This document shows, piece by piece, positions 1 to 9,861 of a DNA stretch of 64,000 bases. Position 1 is the first letter of the stretch, and each line of letters begins with the position of its first letter. Source of the stretch: Acholeplasma sp. (lineage in GTDB: Bacteria > Bacillota_I > Bacilli_A > ML615J-28 > CAG-698); the NCBI GenBank assembly GCA_012838635.1, contig DUOW01000005.1, positions 15,555-79,554 on the forward strand, read 5' to 3'. The notes under the pieces were generated by a model, which was given only the letters and a program-made list of their open reading frames with translations, was not told the DNA's origin and searched no databases. The position numbers were made by a program, and so were the translations under genes.

Positions 1-441
1 ACGGAAAATTAATTCTTCAAGAATTGGAGCGAAAATTACAATAGAAATAATCATCACCAAACCATATTTACTTGCAAGCATTACTTCTAAACTTTCTTGG
101 TTTTCTGAAGTCCCTTCAATCCCCAACTTTTCATAAATGACCCCTACAATACCCGATAAGAAGAAAATAGCCATAACCCCAGCTACAATTAAACCAATTG
201 TAAGTAAGATATTCTTCTTTGTCTTTTGCCAATCTTCAATAAATAATTGTCTTGTAAAATAAAGAGCAAGTGCCAAAACCGGAAACAATCCTACTGTTTG
301 AGCAAAAATCCCAATGGTAACAAACTCAGGAGCATCTAAGGCTATTCCTTGAGCAGCAGCATAAGTAAAGAAAAGCAAAAAGAACCATAATAAATGGTTA
401 AAACTACTGTTAAATTTTACTAATTTTTTTGTACTTGCCAT
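1..441 (-). CDS. CPBP family intramembrane metalloprotease (CAAX protease-like), 3' end runs off the window
   Basis: ATG at 439-441 on the minus strand, preceded by AAAGGAG. My own translation is hydrophobic and polytopic and ends in the CPBP signature E-E-L-I-F-R. It is not in the ORF track because it is truncated by the window edge. Confidence 0.55.
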   Translation of the reverse strand, partial: MASTKKLVKFNSSFNHLLWFFLLFFTYAAAQGIALDAPEFVTIGIFAQTVGLFPVLALALYFTRQLFIEDWQKTKKNILLTIGLIVAGVMAIFFLSGIVGVIYEKLGIEGTSENQESLEVMLASKYGLVMIISIVIFAPILEELIFR

Positions 442-518
442 AATATCACTCCTTTTGCTATTATATCATATTTTCCTAAATTTACTAACCTTTTTATAAA
501 AAAGTAATAGTTTAACTA

Positions 519-2423
519 TTACTTTCTTAATTTAATTTCTTCTTTTATTTGTTTGATAAATTCTTTTAAACTTACAGTTGTTTGTTCTTGGCTACCATAC
601 TTACGATAAGTTACTGACTTATCCTCTACTTCTTTATCACCAATTACAATTTGATATGGAATCTTTTTTGTTTGCGCTTCTCTAATTTTATATCCTAATT
701 TTTCATCACGATAATCACTTTCAAAATTAATTCCTTGTTTTAAGAATTCCTTTTCTAGTTTTCTTACATATTTGCTATGAAGATCAAGATTAACTGGAAT
801 TAATTTTACTTGAACTGGAGCTAGCCATGTTGGGAAAGCACCACCATAATGTTCAATTAAGATACCAATAAATCTTTCTAGCGAACCATAAATAGCACGA
901 TGTAGCATAACTGGTCTAACTTTTGAACCATCTTCAGCTACGTATGTTAAGTCAAACCTTTCTGGTAAGTTCATATCTAACTGAATTGTCCCGCATTGCC
1001 AAATTCTGTTCATTGAATCTCTAATCTTAAAGTCTAGTTTAGGACCATAAAAGGCACCATCACCAGGATTTAATTTATAGTCTTTTCCAGCTTTCTTACA
1101 AGCTCTTGCTAAAGCTTTTTCTGAATAATCCCAAATTTCAATTGAACCAATATATTTATCAACCGGTCTTGTAGATAGTTCAATATGGTATGTTAAACCA
1201 AATGTGCTATAAATCTCATCAAATAATTTAATTAAACTTACAACTTCTTTTTCAATTTGGTCTTTTCTCATAAAGATATGGGCATCATCTTGAGTAAAAG
1301 ATCTAACTCTAAATAAGCCAGATAAAGCACCACTAGCTTCATATCTATGAACTAGTCCTAATTCTCCTACTTTCAAAGGAAAATCACGGTAAGAATGAAT
1401 ATCGCGTTTATAAACTAACATTCCCCCTGGACAGTTCATTGGTTTAATCGCAAACTCTTTGTCATCAATTTTAGATGTATACATATTTTCTTTATAGTTA
1501 TACCAGTGTCCAGAAATCTCCCATAAGTCCTTACTTAACATAATTGGTGTTACAATAAACTCATATCCTTCTCTTTTATGAACTTTATACCAATAGTCTT
1601 CTAAGTTCTTTCTTAGAGTTAACCCTTTTGGTAAATAGAAAGCAAAACCAGGACCATATTCACTAATCATAAATAGATCTAATTCCTTACCTAATTTACG
1701 GTGATCCCTTTTAGCTCTTTCTTCTAAATCGTGTAGATGACCATCTAACTCTTCTTTAGAAAAGAAACATGTACCATAGATTCTTTGTAATTGTTTGTTG
1801 TTTGAATCTCCTCTCCAGTAAGCACCACTAACACTTAATAGTTTAAAATGTTTTAATAAACTAGTATTAATTACATGAGGCCCTCTACATAAATCTAAAT
1901 AATCGCCTAATTTATAAATTGTAATTACTTCACCTTCTTCAAGTTCATTAATTAACTCTTGTTTATAAGGACAATCTTTAAAAACTTCTAAAGCTTCTTT
2001 TTTAGAAACTTCTTTTCTTTCAAAACTATAGCCTGCACCAACTTGTCGATTCATTTCTTTTTCAATAACTTTTAAAGACTCTTCATCAAACTTCTCACCA
2101 TCTAAATCAACATCATAGTAAAAACCTTCTTCAATTGCAGGTCCAACGCCAAATAAAGCTTTTGGATAAAGCTTTAAAATAGCACTAGCCATTAAATGAC
2201 TACAAGAATGTCTTAATACTTCTAATGCTCTTTCATCATCTTTTGTAACAAGTTCTAATGTAGCATCTTTTAAAATTGGTCTTTTTAAATCATAGGCCTC
2301 ATCATTTACTAAAGCATAGACAGAATTTTTTAAAAGCCCCTTAGAAATTGAACTAGCAATATCATAGGCATTTATTCCCTTTTCATATTCTTTTATTGAT
2401 CCGTCTAAAAATTTAATTTTCAT
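519..2423 (-). CDS. thrS: threonyl-tRNA synthetase
   Basis: 634 aa with a TGS-like N-terminus, class II aaRS core motifs and an anticodon-binding C-terminus. It lies downstream of a Thr T-box leader. Stop codon is TAA. Confidence 0.95.
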   Translation of the reverse strand: MKIKFLDGSIKEYEKGINAYDIASSISKGLLKNSVYALVNDEAYDLKRPILKDATLELVTKDDERALEVLRHSCSHLMASAILKLYPKALFGVGPAIEEGFYYDVDLDGEKFDEESLKVIEKEMNRQVGAGYSFERKEVSKKEALEVFKDCPYKQELINELEEGEVITIYKLGDYLDLCRGPHVINTSLLKHFKLLSVSGAYWRGDSNNKQLQRIYGTCFFSKEELDGHLHDLEERAKRDHRKLGKELDLFMISEYGPGFAFYLPKGLTLRKNLEDYWYKVHKREGYEFIVTPIMLSKDLWEISGHWYNYKENMYTSKIDDKEFAIKPMNCPGGMLVYKRDIHSYRDFPLKVGELGLVHRYEASGALSGLFRVRSFTQDDAHIFMRKDQIEKEVVSLIKLFDEIYSTFGLTYHIELSTRPVDKYIGSIEIWDYSEKALARACKKAGKDYKLNPGDGAFYGPKLDFKIRDSMNRIWQCGTIQLDMNLPERFDLTYVAEDGSKVRPVMLHRAIYGSLERFIGILIEHYGGAFPTWLAPVQVKLIPVNLDLHSKYVRKLEKEFLKQGINFESDYRDEKLGYKIREAQTKKIPYQIVIGDKEVEDKSVTYRKYGSQEQTTVSLKEFIKQIKEEIKLRK

Positions 2424-2665
2424 TTTCTCCTCCTTAATATAAAAAGTCCTTAAAAATATCTTTTAAGGACGAATTTTTCGCGGTACCACCTTAATTTGTA
2501 TTAAAAATACACAGCTTAAATAGGATCTAACGCTCCTTATACGGATACTTTTTAAGCATCAACTCCATGGTAGTAACTATTAAAACCTTGGTATTTTTTC
2601 ACCAACCAAATACTCTCTACTTTTACTAGTAATTAATAATCTTGTCCACTTCTTTGTTTATTTAT
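2424..2665 (-). promoter_or_regulatory. T-box riboswitch leader, threonine-specific (ACC specifier)
   Basis: On the minus strand the conserved T-box sequence AATTAAGGTGGTACCGCG (reverse complement of 2476-2493) is followed by the terminator GTCCTTAAAAGATATTTTTAAGGAC+TTTTT (2441-2475), then AGGAGG and the thrS ATG. Stem I carries an AGAGA motif and a loop GAAAAAATACCAAGG holding an ACC codon followed by a purine. Confidence 0.85.
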
Positions 2666-2666
2666 T

Positions 2667-2697
2667 TAGTTTATTATATCATTATTTTTCTAATAAG
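2667..2697 (-). promoter_or_regulatory. sigma-A type promoter for the thrS leader (TTGTCT-17-TATAAT)
   Basis: Reverse complement reads TTGTCT, a 17-nt spacer, then TATAAT, located just upstream of T-box stem I. Confidence 0.5.
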
Positions 2698-2708
2698 ACA
2701 AACAAAAA

Positions 2709-3530
2709 CTATCCTAAACGATAATTTTTATCATCTAATTTTACTTCGTCAACCATTTCTTTAATTCTTGTGTATAATCTATTACCAGCAATATCACTAC
2801 TTGCAGCTAACTCTTTTCTAATTTCTGATAAAGAAGAATTAGAAGTAAAAATAACTGGTAGGTTCATTGTCATTCGGTATTGTAAGATTGCTGTTAATGC
2901 ATCATCTCTTACAAACGGCGTTAATGAAGAGACACCAAAATCATCAAGTACCAAAACAGGTGCTTTTTTTATTTTAAGAATTAAGCTTTCCGTATTACTT
3001 TCTTGAAAAGAAGTTTTTAAATTACGAACTAAATCAGGAAAGAACACAAATAATACTTTTTCTGTTTGGGCAATACGTTGAGCTAAATGCATAGCAATAT
3101 AAGTTTTACCAACTCCATAAGAACCATAAATATATAATCCTTTAGTATACTTCCCATCTTGATAATTTTTTAAAAACTGCGCTACTTTAGTAAGCACCAT
3201 CATTCTAGCATCGTTTGTATATAATTCTTTTACTTTAGGCTCATAATCATAATACATAAATTCCAACATCCCCGCACCTTCTCCTTGAAGGGGAATAGAT
3301 ACCAAACTTATTCTACCATCATCATAAGCAAGTTCAACAGTATTATTACCATATTCTTCGATATATTGTTCTTTATTTTCTTTAAACAATTGATGGTGAT
3401 TATAGATATCAAAAAATGTTCCAAAGTTATTTAAGATATCTTCATCAGAAAGTTTATGCTTTTTTAAAAAAGCACTAATTTCTTTATCTTTCTTAAACTC
3501 TTGAATTATTTTACTAACTTCTTTATTCAT
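2709..3530 (-). CDS. dnaI: primosomal protein DnaI (helicase loader, AAA+)
   Basis: 273 aa with Walker A GSYGVGKT and a Walker B DD. Follows the dnaB(initiation)-dnaI order seen in Firmicutes. Confidence 0.85.
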   Translation of the reverse strand: MNKEVSKIIQEFKKDKEISAFLKKHKLSDEDILNNFGTFFDIYNHHQLFKENKEQYIEEYGNNTVELAYDDGRISLVSIPLQGEGAGMLEFMYYDYEPKVKELYTNDARMMVLTKVAQFLKNYQDGKYTKGLYIYGSYGVGKTYIAMHLAQRIAQTEKVLFVFFPDLVRNLKTSFQESNTESLILKIKKAPVLVLDDFGVSSLTPFVRDDALTAILQYRMTMNLPVIFTSNSSLSEIRKELAASSDIAGNRLYTRIKEMVDEVKLDDKNYRLG

Positions 3531-3536
3531 CTTAAA

Positions 3537-4844
3537 TCACCCTAATATCTTTTTAATATCAGCTTCTAATTTAGCTTTTTCTTCTTCCGTTAAATTATCA
3601 AAATATTCTTGTTCTTGCTTTTGCTTTTCTTGATCATGAGCTTCTGTTTCTTGTTCATACTGATCCATCCACTCTGGTCTTACACCTTGTTTTTTACCGG
3701 TATATTTGGCCGTTCCACCTTTAGGTTGTTCCTTTAATTGTTTAGTATGAAGAAGCGCGCTTTTAGTATCTTTAACTCCTTTACGAGCCCATTCATTAGC
3801 TACTTTCTCAAAATAGTTATAGGAAGGCATTGTTCCTTCTTTTTCATTTAAAACATAATAAAGCAAAACATTAACAACTCCTCTAGCTAAACCTAAATCT
3901 GAAGTTAATCTTTCTAAAGTTCTTAGTTCGGTTTTAGATGCTGTAATGCCACTTAAACTTTCTAAAATGTTTTTTGGAGAATTGTTTTCTAAAATATTTA
4001 CAAGTTCAAATAATGTATCATCTTGCTTACTAGAAACAAAAGCATCTGGCTCTTTGGTAACAAACTTTGTTTGAACTTTTTTGTTTTGTTTTTGCGCTTT
4101 TAAAGTGTAAATCTTCTCTGCGCTTTCACCAATCTTAGATAAAGGTAGGTCATTATTTTCAATTACTACATCTTCAATAACTTGTTTCATTTCTTGAACA
4201 TTTAAATCATAAGTATAAGCTACATTGATAATCTTATTTTTTAACTCTTGATCATCAAAAACGGCACTTGGAATGATTGCTTCATCAAACTCCATTTTGA
4301 ATAATAAATAATCAAACTTATCACCTTTTATATTAATATTATCTTTAATCTTATTAAAGAACAACTTTGCAAAAGGATCATCTTCTTCTTTAAAATCTTT
4401 CACATATACTTCATCAAAAGTTTTGCTAATATTTGTATATCCTCTAATTTTATAATTTAAATTCTTAGTAATATTTTCCACTTCTACTGCACCAATTTTC
4501 TCTGTCAAGAACTTAGAAAGTAATCTGTTATCTAGAAAAGACGCAACAGTTAGTGGTTGTTTTAAGTAGAAATAATAGCCTTTTTCTTCATCAAAATAAG
4601 TTTCAACTAAACTTAAAGCATTTAGTTTATTTAAAGCTTCTTGGAAGAAATGGTCATTATTAAAATTCAAACTATCAAGGACTGTCCTAACATCATATGT
4701 TTCCTTATTCTCATATGTCATTAGCAAGTGATATAAAGCAAAACTGTCAATCCCAATCAAAGGTAGATATAGTTTAGTTAAAGCAAAACCAGCTTCTCCT
4801 GATAATTCAAAATTTTTATAAACTCTAAAATTTGTATGTTTCAT
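3537..4844 (-). CDS. replication initiation and membrane attachment protein (B. subtilis DnaB type, DnaB_2/DnaD-like domains)
   Basis: 435 aa with an acidic/Lys-rich C-terminal tail. Immediately precedes dnaI as in Bacillus. Confidence 0.7.
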   Translation of the reverse strand: MKHTNFRVYKNFELSGEAGFALTKLYLPLIGIDSFALYHLLMTYENKETYDVRTVLDSLNFNNDHFFQEALNKLNALSLVETYFDEEKGYYFYLKQPLTVASFLDNRLLSKFLTEKIGAVEVENITKNLNYKIRGYTNISKTFDEVYVKDFKEEDDPFAKLFFNKIKDNINIKGDKFDYLLFKMEFDEAIIPSAVFDDQELKNKIINVAYTYDLNVQEMKQVIEDVVIENNDLPLSKIGESAEKIYTLKAQKQNKKVQTKFVTKEPDAFVSSKQDDTLFELVNILENNSPKNILESLSGITASKTELRTLERLTSDLGLARGVVNVLLYYVLNEKEGTMPSYNYFEKVANEWARKGVKDTKSALLHTKQLKEQPKGGTAKYTGKKQGVRPEWMDQYEQETEAHDQEKQKQEQEYFDNLTEEEKAKLEADIKKILG

Positions 4845-4853
4845 ATCTTACCC

Positions 4854-5216
4854 CTAATAAAGACTAACACCTTTATAGTTTAACTTTTTATCAAAAGTTT
4901 GGTATAGCCTTTCAATAATTTTTTGACCTCTTCCACGAGGGAAAATGAACTTCGTAGTTATGGCAAGATCAATTGCAACTTCGTTAATCTTCGTTTCAAC
5001 TAAAATTACAATTAACGAATACTTACTTGTTTCAAACAAAATTTCATTAAACTTTTTATTGTCTGAAATTAGTTTTCCTCCTTCTTCTTCAATCAAATTA
5101 TAAACTACTTTTCTTACATCATCTAAACGATTACGGTAATATCTAGTTCTTAATGATTGAATGTGATGGTTTTCCTTTGTTTCAAAATTGTTACTAAAGA
5201 ATTTTTTAAAACCCAT
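4854..5216 (-). CDS. hypothetical protein, 120 aa (occupies the position of nrdR but has no zinc ribbon)
   Basis: ORF with 1-nt spacing to coaE and 9 nt to the dnaB-type gene. Contains no CxxC pairs. I recognise no family. Confidence 0.45.
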   Translation of the reverse strand: MGFKKFFSNNFETKENHHIQSLRTRYYRNRLDDVRKVVYNLIEEEGGKLISDNKKFNEILFETSKYSLIVILVETKINEVAIDLAITTKFIFPRGRGQKIIERLYQTFDKKLNYKGVSLY

Positions 5217-5217
5217 T

Positions 5218-5787
5218 TTACCCTCCTATTTCTTTTAATACTTTTTTTATTTGTTTTTTTGTGTAGTAAAAACAACGACTATTATCAATAACATAATTGC
5301 CATATTTAGCTTTCTCCTCGCTTGACATTTGCAAGCTAATTAATTTTTTTGCTTCTTCTTCACTAATTTGGTTTCTTTTTCTTAACCTTTTTATTTGTGT
5401 TTTTAGGTCAATAGCAATAACCATTATTTTATCTACAAGTTCTATAAAGTTGGTTTCTATTAATAAAGGCACTTCAATAAAAGTTAGCCCTTCACTTGGA
5501 ATTTGCGCCTTTAAATTAAAGTAAATTAAAGGATGAGTAATTGAGGTAAGTTTTTCTAAAGCTTCGGGATTATTAAAAACGAGCTCCCCTAAAAGCTTTT
5601 TATCTACTTTACCATTTACTACTACATCAGCACTAACTTTATTTTTAATTTCTAAAGCAACATCAGGATCATGCAATACTTTAGTATTTTCTTCATCAGC
5701 TGATAAAACTTTGTAACCTAAACTTTTTAAATAATTCGCTACTTTTGTTTTACCTGAAGCAATTGATCCTGTTATTCCGATAACCAT
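5218..5787 (-). CDS. coaE: dephospho-CoA kinase
   Basis: N-terminus IGITGSIASGKT (P-loop); 189 aa. Confidence 0.9.
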   Translation of the reverse strand: MVIGITGSIASGKTKVANYLKSLGYKVLSADEENTKVLHDPDVALEIKNKVSADVVVNGKVDKKLLGELVFNNPEALEKLTSITHPLIYFNLKAQIPSEGLTFIEVPLLIETNFIELVDKIMVIAIDLKTQIKRLRKRNQISEEEAKKLISLQMSSEEKAKYGNYVIDNSRCFYYTKKQIKKVLKEIGG

Positions 5788-5789
5788 CT

Positions 5790-6611
5790 TTACTCCTTTT
5801 GGCAGTTTTCGCAGTAATATGTACTCCTACCACCTATTTTTATATTTTTAAGATCTCTTCCACACACTGGACATTTTTCTTTAGTATGAACTAAAAGTTC
5901 ATTTTGAAAAAGACCACTAATACCACTTGATGAATAAGACCTAATTGTTGTCCCACCTAAACTAATTGCTTTTTCTAAGACAACTTTCGTATACTTAATA
6001 ATTTTACTTATTTCTTCATCAGTTAAAAGCTTACCTAACTTTTGAGGATGAATTTTTGCCATAAACAAAATCTCATTGGCATAGATATTCCCAATCCCTA
6101 CAATTATCTCTTGATCAAGCAGTAATTGTTTGATTGTTTGCTTTCTTGTTTTGAACTTTTCTTTTAAATAAGCTAAAGTTAAATCACTACTAAAAGGTTC
6201 TACTCCTAATTTCCCTAACGGTTCTGTTTTTAATAGTTCTTCATAACTTAAATTAAGATATAAATGCATCGTTCCAAATTTACGAACATCATGATATCTT
6301 AAAGTCTTACCACTTTTTAAATGAAAGATAATATGTTCATGTTTTTCTAATGGTTCGTTTGTTTTTAAAAAGTATTTTCCTTCCATTCGCAAATGAGAAA
6401 TTAAAAAACCATTAGTAAGTTTAAAAATTAAATATTTCCCGTAACGTAAAACATCTTGAATTTGCTCACCCTTGATTTGTTTTTTAAATAAAGCAACCAT
6501 TGGATGTTTGATAATTCTTTCATATAAGATATCTACATCAATAATTTCTTCCCCAACAACTAAATGTTTTAAGGTATTACGGACTGTTTCAACTTCTGGT
6601 AATTCTGGCAT
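5790..6611 (-). CDS. mutM: formamidopyrimidine-DNA glycosylase
   Basis: N-terminal MPELPEVE and a C-terminal zinc finger CPVCG...CENCQ. Confidence 0.95.
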   Translation of the reverse strand: MPELPEVETVRNTLKHLVVGEEIIDVDILYERIIKHPMVALFKKQIKGEQIQDVLRYGKYLIFKLTNGFLISHLRMEGKYFLKTNEPLEKHEHIIFHLKSGKTLRYHDVRKFGTMHLYLNLSYEELLKTEPLGKLGVEPFSSDLTLAYLKEKFKTRKQTIKQLLLDQEIIVGIGNIYANEILFMAKIHPQKLGKLLTDEEISKIIKYTKVVLEKAISLGGTTIRSYSSSGISGLFQNELLVHTKEKCPVCGRDLKNIKIGGRSTYYCENCQKE

Positions 6612-6612
6612 C

Positions 6613-7113
6613 TTAAATGTACTTAACCAAATCCTTATTATAACGGTCGATAAACTTTAGGGCATCTTTATCTTTAGGATAACCTAAAGCAATCCCTACA
6701 GCAGGAAGATGTTTTTCTGGTAAATTAAAATATTCAGAAATGGCATCTTGTTTTGCAGGGTTATGAAATGTAGATAACCAACAAGAACCAAGACCTAGAT
6801 GTGTTGCTTCAAGTAAAATGTTCTCTGTTGCTGCTGAAGCATCTTGCTCAGTTTGTTTTGGTGCTACATGTTCTTCATTTCTTACAAAGATAATAATTAA
6901 TCCACCTGCTTCACCTACCATCTTATAACCAGGCACTTTTTCTGCAATCTCTTTTAAAACTTCTCTTTTATTAATTGCAATATAGTATAAAGGTTGTTGG
7001 TTTCTTGCACTTGGTGCTTGCATACCTGCTCTTACTAATTTTTCTAGCTCGCTATCAGATAGTAGTTTATCTTCAAATACTCTTACGCTTCTTCTAATTT
7101 TAATTTCTTTCAT
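6613..7113 (-). CDS. nitroreductase family protein
   Basis: 166 aa with an RRSVR..F motif, typical nitroreductase fold sequence and a conserved SxRNxQP block. Confidence 0.8.
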   Translation of the reverse strand: MKEIKIRRSVRVFEDKLLSDSELEKLVRAGMQAPSARNQQPLYYIAINKREVLKEIAEKVPGYKMVGEAGGLIIIFVRNEEHVAPKQTEQDASAATENILLEATHLGLGSCWLSTFHNPAKQDAISEYFNLPEKHLPAVGIALGYPKDKDALKFIDRYNKDLVKYI

Positions 7114-7122
7114 TTCTTTCTC

Positions 7123-9744
7123 CTATTTTGTTTCATACCAATTTTTACCATAGTTAATATCAATAACTAAAGGTACATTTAACTTAATCACATTTTCCAT
7201 TTCTTCTTTAATAATACCTTTTAAGATATCTAATTCATCTCTCTTTACATCAAAGACTAATTCATCGTGAACTTGAGCAATTAATAGTGATTCTAAATTA
7301 GCCTCAATCATTTTAGCTTTTACTTTATTCATTGCTAGTTTAATAATATCAGCTGCTGTCCCTTGAATTGGCGCATTCATTGCTGTTCTTTCCCCAAAGT
7401 TTCTTAAGTTGATATTGGGACTATTAATATTATCAATATATCTTCTACGGTTAAGTAAAGTTTTCGTATATCCTTTTTCTCTAGCACTAGTAACTTGATT
7501 ATCTAAGAACTCTTTTGCTCCGTGGAAAATCTCAAAATAACGTTCAATATAATCACCAGCAGCTTTAGGATTAATATTTAAGGCTTCAGATAGGCCCCAA
7601 GCACTCATCCCATAGATAATCCCAAAGTTAATCGTCTTAGCATCTCGTCTTTGGCCTGGTTGTACCATATTGTAATCAATCCCATAAATACTTGCGGCTG
7701 TTGCTTTATGAATATCTAAACCTTGATTATAGAATTCAATCATCTTAGGATCTTTAGATAAAGATGCTAGCACTCTTAATTCGATTTGCGAATAGTCAGC
7801 ACTTAAAATTAAGCCATCTTCAAAACGAGAAATAAAAACTTTTCTAATTGCTTGACCTGTTTCTGTCCTGATTGGAATATTTTGAATGTTAGGTTCAACT
7901 GAAGATAGTCTTCCTGTTGTTGTTAAGGCTTGTTTATAAACAGGATGTAAGAAATTTTCTTCATCCTTTACTTCAAGTAAGCCATTTACATATGTAGTAA
8001 TTAGTTTATTATAAGATCTATATTCTAAAATAGCTTGAGCAATCGGATAGCGATAAGCTAGCTTTTCTAAAACTTCTGAGTTTGTAGAATAGCCGGTTTT
8101 AGTTTTCTTGTAAACAGGAAGTTTAAGTTTTTCAAACAAAATCTCTCCTAACACTTTATAAGAATTTAAGTTAAACCTTTCGCCTGCATACATAAATACT
8201 TCTTCTTGATATTTATTTGCTTCTATTTCAAACTCTTTCCCAATTTCTTTTAGTTTCTCAGGATCAATTAGTAAACCACAAATTTCCATATCACCTAAGA
8301 CTTCAGATAACTCGATTTCAATTTTAAACAACTCTTCTAATTCGTTTGCTTTTAATTCTTCTAAAATTGGTTGTTTTAGTTTATTAATTAAATCATTTTT
8401 AGTAGCTGCATACTGAGAATAGATATCTAAACTAGGGATTTGATACTTTTTATTTTCTTTATATATTGTATCATAATGAGGAATATTTGTTTCAAGGAAA
8501 TTTTTTGCTACAACTTGAATATCATCATTGCTATAGCTTGGATTAATTAAATATGCTCCAAGTAATAAATCAAATGTAACATTTTTTAATATAATTCCTC
8601 TTTGTTTTAAAACAGCATAAGTTTTCTTATAATCAAATAAGTTTACCTTAGTTTCATTATTACTTAAGATTTCATGCAATGACTTATTTTTCAATAAAAC
8701 ATCTTTTGAGACAAAAAGTTGATGTTTCTTATCTTTAATTGCTAGTCCTAGAATTTGATTGTTGTAGTAGTTTTGATAGAAAGTTTCTAAAGAAATAGTT
8801 ATCTCTTTATCTAACTTACTAAAATCATAATTTACATCTTCTACAATCTCTAAATCTAGATTTTCTGCTAACTCTCCTTGATCTGATTTTTTCATTAAAC
8901 TATTAAATTCCATTTCTTTATAGAAACGATATAGTTTAGGATGTTCATAATTTCGATAATTTAATTCTTCTATTTTATAAGGAATATAAGCATCTTTTAC
9001 TAATGTAGCAAGGTACTTAGTTTTATAAGCAGCATCTTTCCCCTCTTCTAAAAGAGTTTTTGTTCTTCCTTTAACATCTTCAATATTTAAATAAATATCA
9101 TCTAAATCTTGATAGTCAGTAAGTAATTGAACAGCTGTTTTAGGGCCTATACCTCTAATACCTGGCAGGTTATCAGATGAATCTCCGATTAAACCTTTAT
9201 AGTCAGTTACTTGATAAGGATAAATATTGTTTTTTTCTTTAAAGTTAGCTACATTATTTTCATCTAAATCTTTAACTCCGGATTTAGTTAAGTGAACTGT
9301 GATTTTATCATCAACTAATTGAAGTAAGTCTTTATCACCAGATACGATATTAATTTGATCAAACTCATCTTTACACAAATTGGCCATTGTGGCAATTAAA
9401 TCATCGGCTTCATAATCTAAAGACTCATAGTATTTAATTTCTAAAACATCTAAATATTCTTTAACATAAGGAATTTGCACCTTTAACTCTTCTGGTAGTT
9501 TTGTTCTTGTTCCTTTATATTCTTTATATTCTTGATGACGGAATGTTTGCTTACCTGCATCAAATGCTACAAAGACATAATCAATATCTTTTTTCTCTAA
9601 CAAGCTATTAATCATATTTACAAATCCGAAAATAGCATTTGTATATAACCCTTGAGAAGTTTGCATCATTTTACCTGTATAGTATGTAGCATAGAATGCT
9701 CTAAACATTAAACTATTGCCATCAATTAAAGTTATCTTTTTCAT
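7123..9744 (-). CDS. polA: DNA polymerase I
   Basis: 873 aa with a 5'-3' exonuclease N-terminus, polymerase motifs (DYSQIELR, QVHDELV) and an AAGGTGA RBS. Confidence 0.95.
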   Translation of the reverse strand: MKKITLIDGNSLMFRAFYATYYTGKMMQTSQGLYTNAIFGFVNMINSLLEKKDIDYVFVAFDAGKQTFRHQEYKEYKGTRTKLPEELKVQIPYVKEYLDVLEIKYYESLDYEADDLIATMANLCKDEFDQINIVSGDKDLLQLVDDKITVHLTKSGVKDLDENNVANFKEKNNIYPYQVTDYKGLIGDSSDNLPGIRGIGPKTAVQLLTDYQDLDDIYLNIEDVKGRTKTLLEEGKDAAYKTKYLATLVKDAYIPYKIEELNYRNYEHPKLYRFYKEMEFNSLMKKSDQGELAENLDLEIVEDVNYDFSKLDKEITISLETFYQNYYNNQILGLAIKDKKHQLFVSKDVLLKNKSLHEILSNNETKVNLFDYKKTYAVLKQRGIILKNVTFDLLLGAYLINPSYSNDDIQVVAKNFLETNIPHYDTIYKENKKYQIPSLDIYSQYAATKNDLINKLKQPILEELKANELEELFKIEIELSEVLGDMEICGLLIDPEKLKEIGKEFEIEANKYQEEVFMYAGERFNLNSYKVLGEILFEKLKLPVYKKTKTGYSTNSEVLEKLAYRYPIAQAILEYRSYNKLITTYVNGLLEVKDEENFLHPVYKQALTTTGRLSSVEPNIQNIPIRTETGQAIRKVFISRFEDGLILSADYSQIELRVLASLSKDPKMIEFYNQGLDIHKATAASIYGIDYNMVQPGQRRDAKTINFGIIYGMSAWGLSEALNINPKAAGDYIERYFEIFHGAKEFLDNQVTSAREKGYTKTLLNRRRYIDNINSPNINLRNFGERTAMNAPIQGTAADIIKLAMNKVKAKMIEANLESLLIAQVHDELVFDVKRDELDILKGIIKEEMENVIKLNVPLVIDINYGKNWYETK

Positions 9745-9861
9745 ATCATCACCTTATTCTTATTTTACCATATTTTACTATGTTTTACTACTTAGAAAAC
9801 AAAAATGTTTTGGTATTTTTAAGGAATATGGTGTATAATAGAAACATTAGTGGAGGTTTAC

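Noticed and set aside
2770-3006. 78-aa plus-strand ORF inside dnaI
   Set aside because: It lies entirely antisense to a well-supported dnaI CDS. It has no RBS and its composition is low-complexity. I take it as a spurious six-frame ORF.
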